Below are positions 1-6,992 of a DNA stretch of 41,537 nt, one piece after another. The translations under genes and the position numbers were made by a program. The stretch comes from a virus. Where the stretch lies: IMG/VR virus record IMGVR_UViG_3300049010_000004, positions 1 through 41,537 of that record, one strand, 5' to 3'. Positions within the stretch are counted from its first letter, which is position 1, and each line of letters opens with the position of its first letter. Under the pieces are notes generated by a model that did not search any database, was not told where the DNA came from, and saw only the letters and a program-made list of their open reading frames with translations.

Positions 1-127
1 TCCCGCGTCAAAAGTTCTGGATATATCTCTTGTTGATAAACACAGGTGCTCATCACTGCCTCCTTATGCAACCCTGTTAAATACGCGCTGACCAACAAAT
101 TGCCCTAGCGCATTTCCTACTCACCAC
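1..127. repeat. 127-bp direct terminal repeat, identical to 41411..41537 (circular-assembly overlap or terminal redundancy)
   Basis: Bases 1..127 (tcccgcgtcaaaagttctgg...catttcctactcaccac) recur exactly as the last 127 bases. The repeat runs through the 5' end of the minus-strand ORF 41281..41463. Confidence 0.9.
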
Positions 128-408
128 AGCAATCAGTAGAAGGGGCAAGCCCCTCCAAGTCTCTCCTTGGTGTCACGGTGCCGATCGCATGTATCCCATC
201 GCTTGGAGCGCTCCTTGATGGCTTGGCCTTCCCATACTCAGAGTCACCGTTTACGTCCGCACTTTGGCTTGTTGCTTGCCTCTTCTACTGACTGCACCAC
301 AGCATCTAACCTTGTCTAGGAGGCTTCACCCTGGGTATCAGTATTCAGATACTTACTGCTTGGCGGCCTAGCCTTGTGCTGCGTATCGAATTGCTAGTCG
401 ATGGGTCT

Positions 409-458
409 ATCTTAGCCGACTAAGAATAATAGTGCAACATTTATTTTAGTTTACTAAG
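409..458 (-). promoter_or_regulatory. Leftward early promoter/operators (PL/OL-like)
   Basis: On the minus strand: -35 TTGCAC (437..432), 17-nt spacer, -10 TAAGAT (414..409). Two 14-bp operator-like palindromes lie at CTTAGCCGACTAAG 411..424 and TTTAGTTTACTAAG 445..458. The half-sites match the operator at PR. Confidence 0.55.
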
Positions 459-504
459 AAAATATTTCAGACTTATACGCTAGGTGTAGAAACCCTAACG
501 GATG

Positions 505-1170
505 TTATAGGCGGGATTTAATCTTGCGGGAGGGGATAGGATGGGCTACGTAATACATCCAGACGATCTGTTCTTTCTGGTAAAGATAGGTCGTCTGGTC
601 ATTATAGCTGCCTAGCTGGATGCCGCCGCGACGAGACAGCAATCGCTTGAGCATGACTTCGCCTGTATCCAGTTTCAGAATAATGTCGTCTTCTAGTTCT
701 GGATCGGTGCCAGGCTCTACCAGGGCATAGTCGCCTTGGGCATACTTGGGGTACATAGAGTTACCATCGACGCGCACGACAAAGGCGCTAGGATCTGTAG
801 AGAACACTTCGGCGAACTCGTCGTAGCCTTCTACAGTGCGCCCTTCATCGGTAAATAACCTATCTGGTAGTCCGCCCATACTCTTCCCAACTACTGGCAC
901 CGTTGCCAGTTTATCTACGTTCACCGGCATATAGCCCGGCAAGTTTTGAAGTTGTGAAAGAGGCTCACGTGGCCCTTTCCCCGTTTCGAGCCAAATCGGA
1001 TTCACATGAAGTATGTTGGCAACCTTTATTAGGTTTTCGCCCTTCAATGCACCGCCGTTCATCCAGTGAGTGTAGGCCCCTGAAGATAATCCAGCGCCTT
1101 TCCAAACGTCACTCTTAGATAGCCCAAGTTCCAGCCTAACAGCATTAATCCGATTAGCCAATGTGTTCAT
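505..1170 (-). CDS. CI/LexA-type phage repressor (XRE HTH plus S24 autopeptidase domain)
   Basis: 221 aa. N-terminal HTH 'LGLSKSDVWKGAGLSSGAYTHWMNG'. C-terminal S24 motifs 'VDGNSMYP' (Ser) and 'VMLKRL' (Lys). Divergent from a Cro-like gene across an operator region. Confidence 0.9.
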   Translation of the reverse strand: MNTLANRINAVRLELGLSKSDVWKGAGLSSGAYTHWMNGGALKGENLIKVANILHVNPIWLETGKGPREPLSQLQNLPGYMPVNVDKLATVPVVGKSMGGLPDRLFTDEGRTVEGYDEFAEVFSTDPSAFVVRVDGNSMYPKYAQGDYALVEPGTDPELEDDIILKLDTGEVMLKRLLSRRGGIQLGSYNDQTTYLYQKEQIVWMYYVAHPIPSRKIKSRL

Positions 1171-1233
1171 CTTAGTATATTAATAAAAATTTGTCTTAGT
1201 GCGCTTGCATTAATCTTCTTAGTGGACTAAGAT
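1171..1233 (+). promoter_or_regulatory. Rightward early promoter/operators (PR/OR-like), also containing the repressor-gene upstream region
   Basis: -35 TTGCAT 1205..1210, 17-nt spacer, -10 TAAGAT 1228..1233. Perfect palindrome CTTAGTGGACTAAG at 1218..1231 overlaps the spacer and -10. CTTAGT half-sites at 1171..1176 and 1195..1200. Confidence 0.6.
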
Positions 1234-1240
1234 AATGCTC

Positions 1241-1420
1241 ATGGAACATTCAAAATTGATAGACGAACTAGGCGGCACCTCCAGGGTTGCTGAGATGTGC
1301 GACCTCACTACTGGAGCAATCAGCCAGTGGAGGACAAACGGTATTCCGAAACCTTGGCTCAAGTTCTTCAAAGCTAAACGCCCCGATCTTTTTAAGTCAG
1401 AAAAGAAAGCAACAGCATGA
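1241..1420 (+). CDS. Cro/YdaS-like small HTH protein
   Basis: 'LGGTSRVAEMCDLTTGAISQWRTNGIP' HTH, divergent from the repressor. The start is ATG 1241 or ATG 1235. ATG 1235 lies only 2 nt after the putative -10, so 1241 may be a leaderless start. Confidence 0.7.
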   Translation: MEHSKLIDELGGTSRVAEMCDLTTGAISQWRTNGIPKPWLKFFKAKRPDLFKSEKKATA

Positions 1421-1428
1421 CCTCCTCG

Positions 1429-1450
1429 AAGCTGAAAACCTCAGCTTTTT
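1429..1450 (+). terminator. Intrinsic terminator 1 of 3 after the Cro-like gene
   Basis: Stem AAGCTGA/TCAGCTT (1429..1435 with 1441..1447), loop AAACC, then a T-run. Confidence 0.7.
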
Positions 1451-1452
1451 AT

Positions 1453-1476
1453 GCCCGTTCCCCTTCGGGCTTTTTT
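1453..1476 (+). terminator. Intrinsic terminator 2 of 3
   Basis: Stem GCCCG/CGGGC (1453..1457 with 1466..1470), 8-nt loop, then TTTTTT 1471..1476. Confidence 0.7.
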
Positions 1477-1483
1477 CTTCACA

Positions 1484-1520
1484 CGGGGGAGGTCTCCATA
1501 GTGCCTCTCCCGTTTTTATT
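1484..1520 (+). terminator. Intrinsic terminator 3 of 3
   Basis: 9-bp stem CGGGGGAGG/CCTCTCCCG (one G-U pair), 11-nt loop, followed by TTTTTATTT. Confidence 0.55.
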
Positions 1521-1533
1521 TGCCAATTTTCAA

Positions 1534-1560
1534 TTGTCACCAACTGTCACGGACTGTCAC
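1534..1560 (+). repeat. Three direct (T/C)TGTCAC repeats at exact 10-bp phasing just upstream of ORF 1570
   Basis: TTGTCAC 1534..1540, CTGTCAC 1544..1550, CTGTCAC 1554..1560. Confidence 0.8.
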
Positions 1561-1569
1561 TAAAAGACC

Positions 1570-1944
1570 ATGCAAAAAGACTTGTATCCAGTATCTGAGG
1601 CTCAATTCGAGAAGATTGAGTTAGTGCCAGAAAGCCTTGTTCGCCAGTGCAAATCGGGCGCTAAAGCATTGCAGCTAACAGCTAACAATTCTGGATATGC
1701 ACAAGAAGAACTGGCAACCCAGATAGGCAAAGCTAGAGAGGTGCTCTCCCGCGCCTGTAACGGTCGCGGCGGACTCGACGTAGACACCATTATCAAGCTT
1801 ATGCGTAAAAGTGGAAGCGTGTTTGTGTTGCAGTACATGGCACATCAAATGGGCGGGGCATTTGTATTCGGTACAGAAGAGGAAAAGGAGCTTCGCCTTC
1901 TCACGGAGCGCATGGAAGTTCTCAAATCAAGGAGAGCAGCATGA
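1570..1944 (+). CDS. HTH regulatory protein in the lambda cII position
   Basis: 124 aa. 'NSGYAQEELATQIGKAREVLSRACNG' looks like an HTH. First gene after the terminator cluster. The specific role is inferred from position only. Confidence 0.55.
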   Translation: MQKDLYPVSEAQFEKIELVPESLVRQCKSGAKALQLTANNSGYAQEELATQIGKAREVLSRACNGRGGLDVDTIIKLMRKSGSVFVLQYMAHQMGGAFVFGTEEEKELRLLTERMEVLKSRRAA

Positions 1945-2081
1945 CATGGCTACAAGTGTGTATATCAGCAATGGCTGTTATCGGTTTATTGATCGTGTTC
2001 TGTGTAGTTAGCGGCTACATCCTCTATCGCGCTGAATACAAGGACGAATACCAAGATTCAGACAATTGGGGTGCTAAGTGA
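1941..2081 (+). CDS. Small membrane protein (46 aa, not in ORF track)
   Basis: ATGA overlap with the preceding stop, RBS AAGGAG 1929..1934. 'MTWLQVCISAMAVIGLLIVFCVVSGYILYRAEYKDEYQDSDNWGAK' has one hydrophobic helix. Confidence 0.45.
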   Translation: MTWLQVCISAMAVIGLLIVFCVVSGYILYRAEYKDEYQDSDNWGAK

Positions 2082-2194
2082 GCTACTCGCTCTATGAGCA
2101 AATGAAAGCTGACTGGATACGCAAGCATCCAGAGGCAACTCCTGAGCAATATCAAAAGGCCATGCAGACGCTGGCTAGAAAACTAGGAATTTGA
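2078..2194 (+). CDS. Small conserved-looking protein (38 aa, GTG start, not in ORF track)
   Basis: GTGA overlap with the upstream stop, and it ends 1 nt before the next ATG. 'SYSLYEQMKADWIRKHPEATPEQYQKAMQTLARKLGI'. I recall similar short peptides in phage replication modules, but this is unverified. Confidence 0.4.
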   Translation: MSYSLYEQMKADWIRKHPEATPEQYQKAMQTLARKLGI

Positions 2195-2195
2195 G

Positions 2196-2822
2196 ATGGC
2201 ACGCATTCGGACGGTAAAGCCAGAGTTTTTTACAAGTGAGGATATTTGCAACCTCACGCCACTTTCACGCCTCTTGTACATCGCTTTGTGGTGCGAGGCT
2301 GATCGTGAAGGCCGTCTCGATTGGAAGCCTAATACCTTCAAGCTCAGATACTTTCCTGGTGACAACTGCAACATCAATGAAATGGCTGATGAACTCATCA
2401 AGTCTGGTTTAGTTGTTTTGTATTCAGTCGATGGGGTTCAGTACGCAGATATTCCAACTTTTACACAGCACCAAGTCATCAATAACAGGGAATCAGAAAG
2501 CACGCGTCCACCACGCGTGAATGACGCGTCGAATACGCGTGAAAGCGGAAGGGAAAGGAAAGGAAGGAAGGAAGGGAATGACGCGTCAAAGATAACTTTG
2601 AACGCGAACGGTGTTTTTGAGGGTCTTGGAGAAAAGCTAGAGGCTTGGATAGCCGCTTATCCGAATGTCGATGTTGAGGCCCAAATCCGAAAGGCCGGGT
2701 CATGGTGCATTTCCAATCCAAAGAAAGCGCCAAGGTCTGACTTCGCAAGATTCCTGAATAGCTGGCTGGCGCGGTCTAGTGATAGCGCTGGCAATGACGA
2801 TCCATTTGCGGGGGCCATCTGA
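2196..2822 (+). CDS. Replication initiator/organizer-like protein carrying internal iterons
   Basis: 208 aa. The N-terminus 'MARIRTVKPEFFTSEDICNLTPLSRLLYIALWCEADREGRL' resembles phage replication proteins from memory. It precedes the Zn-finger and helicase genes, and its linker is encoded by the iteron/purine tract. Confidence 0.5.
   Translation: MARIRTVKPEFFTSEDICNLTPLSRLLYIALWCEADREGRLDWKPNTFKLRYFPGDNCNINEMADELIKSGLVVLYSVDGVQYADIPTFTQHQVINNRESESTRPPRVNDASNTRESGRERKGRKEGNDASKITLNANGVFEGLGEKLEAWIAAYPNVDVEAQIRKAGSWCISNPKKAPRSDFARFLNSWLARSSDSAGNDDPFAGAI
2502..2586. repeat. Candidate replication origin: ACGCGT iterons plus polypurine tract inside the initiator gene
   Basis: ACGCGT at 2502, 2513, 2524 and 2535 (exact 11-bp phasing). 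A GGAA/GGGA purine run follows at 2546..2578, with a fifth ACGCGT at 2581..2586. Confidence 0.5.
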
Positions 2823-3232
2823 TGATTAACCCAATCCTCGAACGTCTGAACAAAGTCCGACCTAGCGGCAACAACTCGTGGAGGGCTTGCTGTCCAGCGC
2901 ATGACGGTAACAACCCTAGCGCCCTGACTATCCGAGAAGAACCTGACGGACGAATCTTGATGCACTGCTTTCAAGGATGTTCAGCCGTGGACGTGATGGG
3001 GGCTATCGGTCTAGACGTATCCGAACTATTCCCAGAACCAATCGCACATCACAGCAAGCCAGTGACGCGGAAGTTCTACGCAACAGACATTCTCGCCGCC
3101 GTGCGTGTGGAGTGTCAGATTGTGATGCTAGCCGCCTTCGAGTTAGAGAAGGGGCGCAAGTTACCTGAAGAAGACATGAAGCGCCTGCGTGTGGCGATGG
3201 AACGAATCAACGAAGCCGTGGAGATGCAATGA
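2822..3232 (+). CDS. CHC2-type primase zinc-finger domain protein (no Toprim/catalytic domain seen)
   Basis: 136 aa. 'CCPAHDGNNPSALTI...ILMHCFQGCS' fits a Cys-His-Cys-Cys primase Zn-finger. TGATG overlap upstream and ATGA overlap downstream with the helicase gene. Confidence 0.55.
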   Translation: MINPILERLNKVRPSGNNSWRACCPAHDGNNPSALTIREEPDGRILMHCFQGCSAVDVMGAIGLDVSELFPEPIAHHSKPVTRKFYATDILAAVRVECQIVMLAAFELEKGRKLPEEDMKRLRVAMERINEAVEMQ

Positions 3233-4200
3233 GTAACCTAGACCGTGGTGTAGCAGCGCTGGAAGAAGCTAGGGCAAAGCGCCGTAGCCTGATGCTGTCA
3301 GACAAGATCGACTTTGAAGGCTTCATGAAGGCTAGGGAAGAAGACAAGGCCAACGTGAAGCAGGCGGGCGACTACCTGCAAGACTTGATTGACGTGTTCT
3401 ACGGAGAATCCGAGGTTGTCGGCTTAACCCTTCCTTGGTCGAAGACGCATGATAACTTCCGCATGCGTGATGGTGAAGTCACCCTGTGGCCTGGCGTGAA
3501 CGGTCACGGCAAATCGCAAGTGCTAGGGCAAGTGATGAACCACGTCATGTACCAAGGCGAGAAGGTGCTCATCATGTCTTTCGAGATGTTGCCCTATAAG
3601 ACACTGGCACGCATGACGCGCCAAGCCAACGGCTCCAACAAACCATCCGAGCAGTACATCCGCGATTACATGAACTGGCTATCCGGCAAGCTTTGGTTAT
3701 ACGACCAGCAAGGCACTGTGAAGGGTGATCGAGTGATTGCGGTAATTTACTACGCCGCCGAGACCTTTGGCATCAAGCATTTCGTAGTCGATAGCCTGAT
3801 GAAGTGCGGCATCCGTTCAGACGACTGGAACGCGCAAAAGGAATTCCTCGACAAGCTCACCGCTGCCGCACGAGACCTGAATATACACGTTCACCTAGTC
3901 GCTCATTCTCGCAAGGGCGATGACGAATTCGCCCCGCCTAACAAGATGGACGTGGCTGGATCCGCCGACATTACCAACCAAGTCGATAACGTCATGACTG
4001 TGTGGCGCAATAAGGCCAAGGAAAAGGCTATCCGCCAGAACAAGGCTAAGCCTGATGACTTGAATAAACCAGACTGTCTGGTGATTTGCGACAAGCAACG
4101 TCACGGCGAATGGGAAGGCGAAATAGCTTTGTGGTTCGACCCTGCATCTATGCGCTACAAGGCAAGCCAGCATGAAAAAGTGTGGGAGATGAAGCTATGA
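3229..4200 (+). CDS. DnaB/T7 gp4-like replicative helicase (RecA-fold)
   Basis: 323 aa. Walker A 'GVNGHGKSQ', Walker B-like 'HFVVDSLM', then 'HVHLVAHSRK' and 'DKQRHGEWEG'. Confidence 0.8.
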   Translation: MSNLDRGVAALEEARAKRRSLMLSDKIDFEGFMKAREEDKANVKQAGDYLQDLIDVFYGESEVVGLTLPWSKTHDNFRMRDGEVTLWPGVNGHGKSQVLGQVMNHVMYQGEKVLIMSFEMLPYKTLARMTRQANGSNKPSEQYIRDYMNWLSGKLWLYDQQGTVKGDRVIAVIYYAAETFGIKHFVVDSLMKCGIRSDDWNAQKEFLDKLTAAARDLNIHVHLVAHSRKGDDEFAPPNKMDVAGSADITNQVDNVMTVWRNKAKEKAIRQNKAKPDDLNKPDCLVICDKQRHGEWEGEIALWFDPASMRYKASQHEKVWEMKL

Positions 4201-4871
4201 CCATAGAACTCTTACACATAGACTGCATGGAGTACATGGCAACTCTGCCGGATAAAGCGTTCGATCTGGCAATTGTAGATCCGCCGTATGGAATCGGTGA
4301 ATTTTGCATGACAGATGGCGATGGCGGAGTTAAATGGGATAAAAAATGGAATCAAGACTGGAACAACGAAATCCCAAGCCGAAATTATTTTGAGCTATTA
4401 CTTCGTATAAGCAAGCATCAAATTATATGGGGCGCTAATTATTACAACTGCTTTTCTCAAAAAGGTGGGGCTATCGTTTGGTTCAAGCATGTTAAGCATC
4501 CAAGTATGAGCAAGTGTGAAATTGCTTCTAATACTTTACATAAAAAAGTCGAGTACGTAGATATAGTTTGGCAGAACGTGAATCGCCCAACTTCCCCGAT
4601 ACACCCATGCGAGAAGCCCATAAAACTCTACGAATGGCTACTCACCAACTACGCCAAACCAGGACAACGCATCCTAGACACTCACTTAGGATCAGGATCA
4701 TCCGCAATAGCAGCACATAACCTCGGCTTTGACTTTGTAGGCTGCGAACTCGACCGCGATTATTACGAGGCCGCACTTAAGCGTTTCAATGCCCACGCCG
4801 CACAGCAAAGCCTTTTTGGTAATGAAACAGATTGCGTTACCAAAAAGGTGCAACAGGAGGTGCTGCTATGA
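4197..4871 (+). CDS. DNA methyltransferase (N6-adenine/N4-cytosine class, motif IV before motif I)
   Basis: 'LAIVDPPYGIG' (motif IV) and 'ILDTHLGSGSSAIAA' (motif I). No adjacent nuclease. The start at ATG 4197 overlaps the helicase stop. Confidence 0.85.
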   Translation: MTIELLHIDCMEYMATLPDKAFDLAIVDPPYGIGEFCMTDGDGGVKWDKKWNQDWNNEIPSRNYFELLLRISKHQIIWGANYYNCFSQKGGAIVWFKHVKHPSMSKCEIASNTLHKKVEYVDIVWQNVNRPTSPIHPCEKPIKLYEWLLTNYAKPGQRILDTHLGSGSSAIAAHNLGFDFVGCELDRDYYEAALKRFNAHAAQQSLFGNETDCVTKKVQQEVLL

Positions 4872-5035
4872 CCTGCAACGACTTCAAGAAAGCTATCGAG
4901 GCTGAGTTCGGGAAAGTTGAGTGGAGAGCTACTTCATCTGATGGAAGGGTGATGATGAGTAGGGGATGGGAACAGGCATCTAGGGCAATACCTTGGTCTG
5001 GTAACGCACAACGGGTTGCAGAAAGGAAGCTGTGA
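4868..5035 (+). CDS. Hypothetical protein (55 aa)
   Basis: ATGA overlap with the methyltransferase stop; co-directional packing. Confidence 0.5.
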   Translation: MTCNDFKKAIEAEFGKVEWRATSSDGRVMMSRGWEQASRAIPWSGNAQRVAERKL

Positions 5036-5346
5036 TGAATTGGATGCCCATTGAAACAGCACCAAAAGATGGCTCGCGGATTTTATTGGGGAAGCTGGAA
5101 GAAGGTCAATGGTATTGGATAGTCAGCGGAGAATTCATGAACGATGGAAGATTCTGGTGCGATTGGGAAGATGACGATGATTACGATTTAGTTTTTTATA
5201 GAAGCCCAACACATTGGTGTGGATTGCCAATAAATCCTATTAGTCCGCACCCCATCGTAACGCAGCCGGAAACAAATCTCCCCATATCGGGTTTGGGTGG
5301 ATACGACCAAGTCCTTCGTGACGAATTTGAGGATGGGAAGAAGTAG
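5035..5346 (+). CDS. DUF551-like protein
   Basis: 'NWMPIETAPKDGSRILLG ... PTHWCGLP' resembles the DUF551 pattern common in lambdoid nin regions (from memory). Confidence 0.55.
   Translation: MNWMPIETAPKDGSRILLGKLEEGQWYWIVSGEFMNDGRFWCDWEDDDDYDLVFYRSPTHWCGLPINPISPHPIVTQPETNLPISGLGGYDQVLRDEFEDGKK
5239..5250 (+). repeat. Copy 1 of the ATTAGTCCGCAC element
   Basis: Exact 12-mer, co-oriented with transcription. See findings. Confidence 0.9.
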
Positions 5347-5772
5347 ATGGATCCCATCAAGCGCAAATGGAAGCTCATCAACCAGAACGTCAAGCTTTCC
5401 ATGCTTGCTGTCCTTGGCAATCTCCCTGTAAGCGAGAGTAACCCTCTAGTCATCACTCTGGACGAAGAGAGGCGGAACCTCGATCAGAACGCCAAGTTCC
5501 ACGCGCTGTGCGAAGACCTCGCTAAATCCGGCTATCAGTGGGCAGGCAAGGAACGAACCGCAGAGCAATGGAAAGTACTACTGGTTTCTGGTCACGCAAT
5601 GGCAACCAAGCAAGGTGCAGAGATGGTGCCAGGAATCGAGGGTGAGTTCGTCAACCTTCGTGAATCGACTGCACGCATGAGCAAAGCCCGCAGTAGCAGC
5701 CTTATTGAGTACACGCTGGCTTTCTGCGCTAGCAACAACATCAAACTGACCGATGAAAGGATTGCAGCATGA
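5347..5772 (+). CDS. ninB: NinB/Orf-family recombination mediator
   Basis: 141 aa. 'PLVITLDEERRNLDQNAKFHALCEDLAKSG..W.GKERTAEQWK' parallels lambda NinB 'PIVVTIQERNRSLDQNRKLWACLGDVSRQVEWHGRWLDAESWK'. Confidence 0.8.
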   Translation: MDPIKRKWKLINQNVKLSMLAVLGNLPVSESNPLVITLDEERRNLDQNAKFHALCEDLAKSGYQWAGKERTAEQWKVLLVSGHAMATKQGAEMVPGIEGEFVNLRESTARMSKARSSSLIEYTLAFCASNNIKLTDERIAA

Positions 5773-6176
5773 GACAGAAACACGAACAGATACTAGCCGT
5801 GCTCAAACTGTTGGAGACTGGCCCAAAGACGCTAAAGGATATAGCCGTCGCAATGAACGCCACAAAAGACCGTGTACGAGCATGGATGTACGACCTAGAG
5901 CACATTGGCGCTGTGAGATCGACATTCCAGCAAAGCGGCTATCGAGGATTGGCAAGCAGGGTTCGGGTTATCCATCTGGTCGATAAGAAAAAGTATCAGA
6001 TGAAGGAGCGTAAGCCATCTGCATGGAAGACCAAGGAAGCATACGAGCCGAGCAATCACCCATTGCCGACTGGCGGAACTATCCACCGATTCCTTGACCA
6101 GCCAGAGCGACCTAGACCTCTCCGCAAAATGAACTATAGCTGGATGGGCTATCAGTCTGGACTAGAGGCTGCATGA
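5769..6176 (+). CDS. Hypothetical protein, possible winged-helix
   Basis: 135 aa; ATGA overlaps on both sides. Confidence 0.55.
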   Translation: MRQKHEQILAVLKLLETGPKTLKDIAVAMNATKDRVRAWMYDLEHIGAVRSTFQQSGYRGLASRVRVIHLVDKKKYQMKERKPSAWKTKEAYEPSNHPLPTGGTIHRFLDQPERPRPLRKMNYSWMGYQSGLEAA

Positions 6177-6772
6177 ACGCCCCCTCGCGCATCAAGCCGA
6201 AGAAGTGCCGTGTCTGCCCCAATGAATTCATCCCTTGGTCATCGACACAGATTGTATGCGGCTATGAGTGTGCAAAAGCATGGGCAGATGGACAGTCACT
6301 GAAGGAACAGAAAGCGCGAGTGAAGGCTGATCGCAAGGAAACGAGAGAGAAGAAGCAAGCACTGAAAACCCGTAGTCAATGGATGAAGGAGGCGCAAGTT
6401 GAATTTAACAGATTTATCAGGCTTAGAGATGCTGGCTTGCCTTGTATTTGCTGTGGTCTACCCCTTGGTGATATCGGCTCTGTTGGAGGCGGATACGACT
6501 GCGGTCATTATCGTTCGGTCGGTTCTGCACCTCATCTTAGGTTTGATGAACGCAACGCTCATGCTCAAAGGAAGCAATGCAATCGTTACGGGTCTGGCCG
6601 TGCCGTTGACTATCGTATCGGTCTTATTGGTCGGATTGGAATTGTGGAGGTGGAAGCTCTTGAAGCAGATCAGACGGCTAAGCACTACACCATAGATGAC
6701 CTAAAGGCCATCAAAGCGAAGTACAAGACCATATGTAGGGAATTAGAGCAGCAGTTAACTAAAGGAGATTGA
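6173..6772 (+). CDS. ninG: NinG/Rap-family recombination endonuclease
   Basis: 199 aa. 'KKCRVCPNEFIP...VCGYECA', 'LPCICCG', 'DCGHYRSVGSAPHLRFDERNAHAQRKQCN' and 'IGLIGRIG' match the lambda NinG layout. Confidence 0.85.
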   Translation: MNAPSRIKPKKCRVCPNEFIPWSSTQIVCGYECAKAWADGQSLKEQKARVKADRKETREKKQALKTRSQWMKEAQVEFNRFIRLRDAGLPCICCGLPLGDIGSVGGGYDCGHYRSVGSAPHLRFDERNAHAQRKQCNRYGSGRAVDYRIGLIGRIGIVEVEALEADQTAKHYTIDDLKAIKAKYKTICRELEQQLTKGD

Positions 6773-6773
6773 G

Positions 6774-6992
6774 ATGAAAGTATTTGGTTATGTGTTTCTT
6801 GCAGTTGCAATCCTTATCCCGATTTTAATGGGTATCTGGTGGCTGCTCTGGAAATTGTGGCTCTTTGTACTGCCTGCTATCTGGGCTGATGGCCCGAAAA
6901 ACTTAATCCAGCCTAGCTACTGGTTGTTTGTTGGAATATGGGTATTGCTCGGACTTTTTGCAAACATGTTCAGAGGCGGAAAAGCGGATTAG
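6774..6992 (+). CDS. Small multi-pass membrane protein
   Basis: 72 aa, very hydrophobic ('FLAVAILIPILMGIWWLLWKLWLFVLPAIW', 'WLFVGIWVLLGLFANMF'). Confidence 0.6.
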   Translation: MKVFGYVFLAVAILIPILMGIWWLLWKLWLFVLPAIWADGPKNLIQPSYWLFVGIWVLLGLFANMFRGGKAD

